This document shows positions 61,101 through 64,000 of a DNA stretch of 64,000 bases, one piece after another; position 1 is the stretch's first letter; the number at the start of each line of letters is the position of its first letter. Both the position numbers and the translations under genes were made by a program. Below the pieces are notes generated by a model, which saw only the letters and a program-made list of their open reading frames with translations, made no database searches and had not been told where the DNA came from. The stretch is from Azolla caroliniana (Eukaryota > Plantae > Polypodiophyta), in assembly GCA_043228905.1 (NCBI GenBank), contig JBHGNT010000015.1, forward strand, positions 2,046,001-2,110,000, in the 5' to 3' direction.

Positions 61101-61830
61101 AATTCAAATTTAAATCCTAGATGTGCACATTATAGTGGCTCAAGAATCAATTATATGGCCTTAAGAAAGCACTAAGGGCATGACACTCAATGGTCATGGA
61201 ATACATACATAGGATTGGCTTTGGCATGACCAAGTCAGACAACTCTTTCTACATATGAACCAAATCTTATGGTATCGCATTCATGAATCCTCGTTTATGT
61301 CAACGCCATAGTAATTGGAAGAGAACATTTGATCACTATTAGGTAATGTTTCTATTTGCCTTCAAGTTTGAAATGGAGGATAAGGGAACTAGGGTTTCAC
61401 TATGTCGTAAGGATTGAGATCATTCACACACCTCATGGGATGTTTTCCCAATTGCATTAAAACTTGAACCAATCATGAGCCCACTCAATTACAAAGTGCA
61501 AGTTGCCTTCAACCACTTTCTCGGAATCCAACATCATGTCAATAAATTATTGAAAGTCTTATCTACTTAATAACTACCAAACTTGATCTTAGCCACACAA
61601 TTAACCTTCTTAGCCAGTTCATGCAAGCATTGTCATATGGCCACTTGGACTCCACAAAAACAATGATGAGATGTATGAGCTACAAAATAGATTACAACAC
61701 CCTCTAGAAGCTAGAGTTTAAGTTTAACTCAAAGACTATTACATAGACATTGATTGGTAATTTGATTGTACAATGATTGACATTGGGTTTCACATTCACC
61801 TTGGTAAATCATGCCATCCTTGGAGTAGGA
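58120..61830 (+). mobile_element. Highly decayed Copia related to 804-6696, with an AT-rich insertion at about 60571-60810
   Basis: NLKKIFA..RKLQLQQELNDIQQK (gag), scattered INT and RT remnants (LYGLKK, LIYL.TT..DL), and strong CpG loss. No LTRs resolved. Confidence 0.65.
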
Positions 61831-62700
61831 AAGCTCTCCCTAATCTTACAAAAACACTCTCCCAATATTAGAATAGAAAAGAAAACGTCCTAAATTTACC
61901 CTAGCCCTATTTTACAATAATTTTTGGGCATTTATTGCAATTTATCTAGTGACATTTTGAGTCGTGTCTTTCTTTAACATTTTTGGTTCTGAACAAACTA
62001 GAATAATCATTTGCTTCAACCAATTGAACTAATGTTTCATAATTTTTTCCGTATTTCTTGATACATCTGCTTTGGGTTATTTTCACCTCATGATCCAATT
62101 GTCACGTCACCACAAGTCGATTTTCTTTTCATTCACCTTATGATAGTATATTAAGAATGTGCTCTCCTCCTTAGACATTATATCATCAAGGGTTTCTTCA
62201 CACATATTAATAGACTACGGGTCCACAATATTGACACCCCACATAAAAGATGTTGTGACTATGGTTTCCATTGGGTCATTGTCGCCAAGGGGTATACCAT
62301 CATTGAGCCACTATTGTCGCCAATACAATCATTGCTACCATTGTGACATTTTTTTTTCCCAAAGATTTTCTTGAATAGTATTAAGAAAAAATACCCGAAG
62401 GTTACAACTTGAACTGTCAACCCAAAAGCTTACAACTTTTTATGTACAATGATGTACAATAATCCTAAGACCAAAGATAGGACTTTGTAGAAGGTGTTGG
62501 AATTTCTTGATGTACACTACCATGATTTACTGATATTCAAGAGAGAGTCCATGGAAGTCGATAGTGCCATTGAGGCCCTTGAGTTGACTCTGCAAACAGG
62601 GGCAACTTTTTCCATAAATGAAGAAGCTTCTTCCTTCTCTTGTTCACAGTTTCTGTCACATTCTAGACTTGAACCTTTAACTTTTAACACACACAGTACA

Positions 62701-64000
62701 TGACGGGAACTAGTCGTTCCTTATGCGCAACGCTCGGCCACAACCGAGCTTAGAATGATACACAGAAAACGGGAAATAAAACGCGACACAAAGAAGAGGA
62801 AAAGGTACACAAGAGGTTTACGTGGAAAACCCCCAAACTAGGGGAAAAAACCACGGCAGCCCACAGGCTACAAACTGTCACTATGTAAGAATGTACAACA
62901 GTGAGTTCATTGAGCCAACGACCTCGTGCTCACAGATCTTCGCCACAAGCGGCGGTTACAACAGAGGCAACAACCTCTTTCTCTCTCTCTCTCTCTGTGC
63001 ACTGTTACGTGCTCTCTCTTCTTCTTGCACCAACAAAAATGACAACAACTACTAAAAGTTTGCCCTAAGTCATATTTATACTAATATGACTTTTCGGCTA
63101 TTTACAAATATAGCCTCGATGAATCCTCAGGAAACATATTTACGAATATGTCTCTTCATCCGGTTCATACCGAGTCTGCACCATCCAGCTCTCCATAGCC
63201 GGGTACTCCTCATCCGGTCTTCACCGGGTCTGTATCATCCGGCTCTCCGTAGCCGGGTCCTCCTCATCCGGTCTTCACCGGGTCTGTATCATCCGGCTCT
63301 CCGTAGTCGGGTCCTCCTCATACAGTTTTGGCCTCGGCCTGTCGGCCTCAGCCGAGTTTGTTCCTCGGCACTGTTCTTCTCCCTTCCCATCCGGAGGGAC
63401 CTGTCTCCCAACAAACTCCCCTTTCACTCCGGCATGGGGTGTCTTACCAGTCCGATCCTCTTCCGGCATGCGTCCAGCTTGTCGGGTGTCAGCACTTTGG
63501 TCAGCATATCTGACCCGTTCTCGGCCGTGTGGATCTTCGTCAGTGCGAACTCCTGATCATCTACTCTTTCTCGGATCCAATGATACCTCCGCTGGATATG
63601 CTTCGTCCGGGAATGGTAGGCCGCATTCTTAGCAAGGTGGATGGCACTTTGACTGTCGCAATAGAGTCGGTATTCCTCTTGCCGGATACCGAGCTCTCCG
63701 ATGAAGTCCTTCATCCATAAAATTTCCTTGCCGGCTTCCACAGCTGCCATGTACTCCGCCTCCGTGGTTGACAATGCAACCGTCTTCTGTAGCCTCGACT
63801 GCCACGAAACAGCTCCCCCTGCATATGTCATTACATACCCGGATGTAGATCGGCTGGTATCCACATCAGCTGACATGTCCAAATCGGTGAAACCGTCCAA
63901 TTGAGGTTTTCCGGAGCCGAATCGAAGACACATATTTGAAGTGCCCTTCAAATACCGGAGTATCCATTTGACCGCGTTCAAGTGCTCCTTGCCGGGATTA
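62701..64000 (-). mobile_element. 3' end of a Copia (RH, PPT, 3' LTR 62701-63413) that continues past the window
   Basis: ORF 63424-63981 closely matches the C-terminus of the 47933-52006 protein. PPT reverse complement at 63414-63426. The LTR has ~54-bp repeats. Confidence 0.93.
63424..64000 (-). CDS. pol: Copia RT end and RNase H (partial)
   Basis: AVKWILRYLKG..SWQSRLQKTVALSTTEAEY..RTKHI..SDMLTK. Confidence 0.9.
   Translation of the reverse strand, partial: NPGKEHLNAVKWILRYLKGTSNMCLRFGSGKPQLDGFTDLDMSADVDTSRSTSGYVMTYAGGAVSWQSRLQKTVALSTTEAEYMAAVEAGKEILWMKDFIGELGIRQEEYRLYCDSQSAIHLAKNAAYHSRTKHIQRRYHWIRERVDDQEFALTKIHTAENGSDMLTKVLTPDKLDACRKRIGLVRHPMPE

Overview
This is a eukaryotic, repeat-saturated window, probably from a seedless plant such as a moss (inferred from the element families). 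It is almost entirely nested LTR retrotransposons, and I found no supportable host gene. Boundaries were resolved from TG..CA termini, primer-binding sites (PBS), polypurine tracts (PPT) and target-site duplications (TSD). The main elements are: (1) a near-complete Copia (804-6696, TSD GTTTC) inside the 3' LTR of a relative; (2) a four-level nest of chromovirus > LTR > Copia solo LTR (TSD GTATT) > 9.3-kb non-chromoviral Ty3/Gypsy (9435-18762, TSD GTTTT), the last with a Q/N-rich Gag and a large extra 3' ORF; (3) three related Ty3/Gypsy elements (21911-34106), two of them non-autonomous with tRNA-Trp PBS and 4-bp TSDs, one carrying an uninterrupted 1284-codon Gag-remnant/low-complexity ORF; (4) an intact young Copia (47206-52678, TSD CAACG) inside a short-LTR tRNA-Ala Gypsy in a (TA)n tract; (5) LINE 3' fragments and decayed Copia relics. 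The most unusual signal is that the 9.3-kb Gypsy has no PPT; instead it has a second, antisense tRNA-Arg-type PBS 2 nt from its 3' LTR, suggesting possible tRNA priming of both strands. A similar motif is conserved at fixed spacing before the PPT of the Trp-primed family. Two unrelated families also keep low-complexity ORFs open into the 3' LTR.
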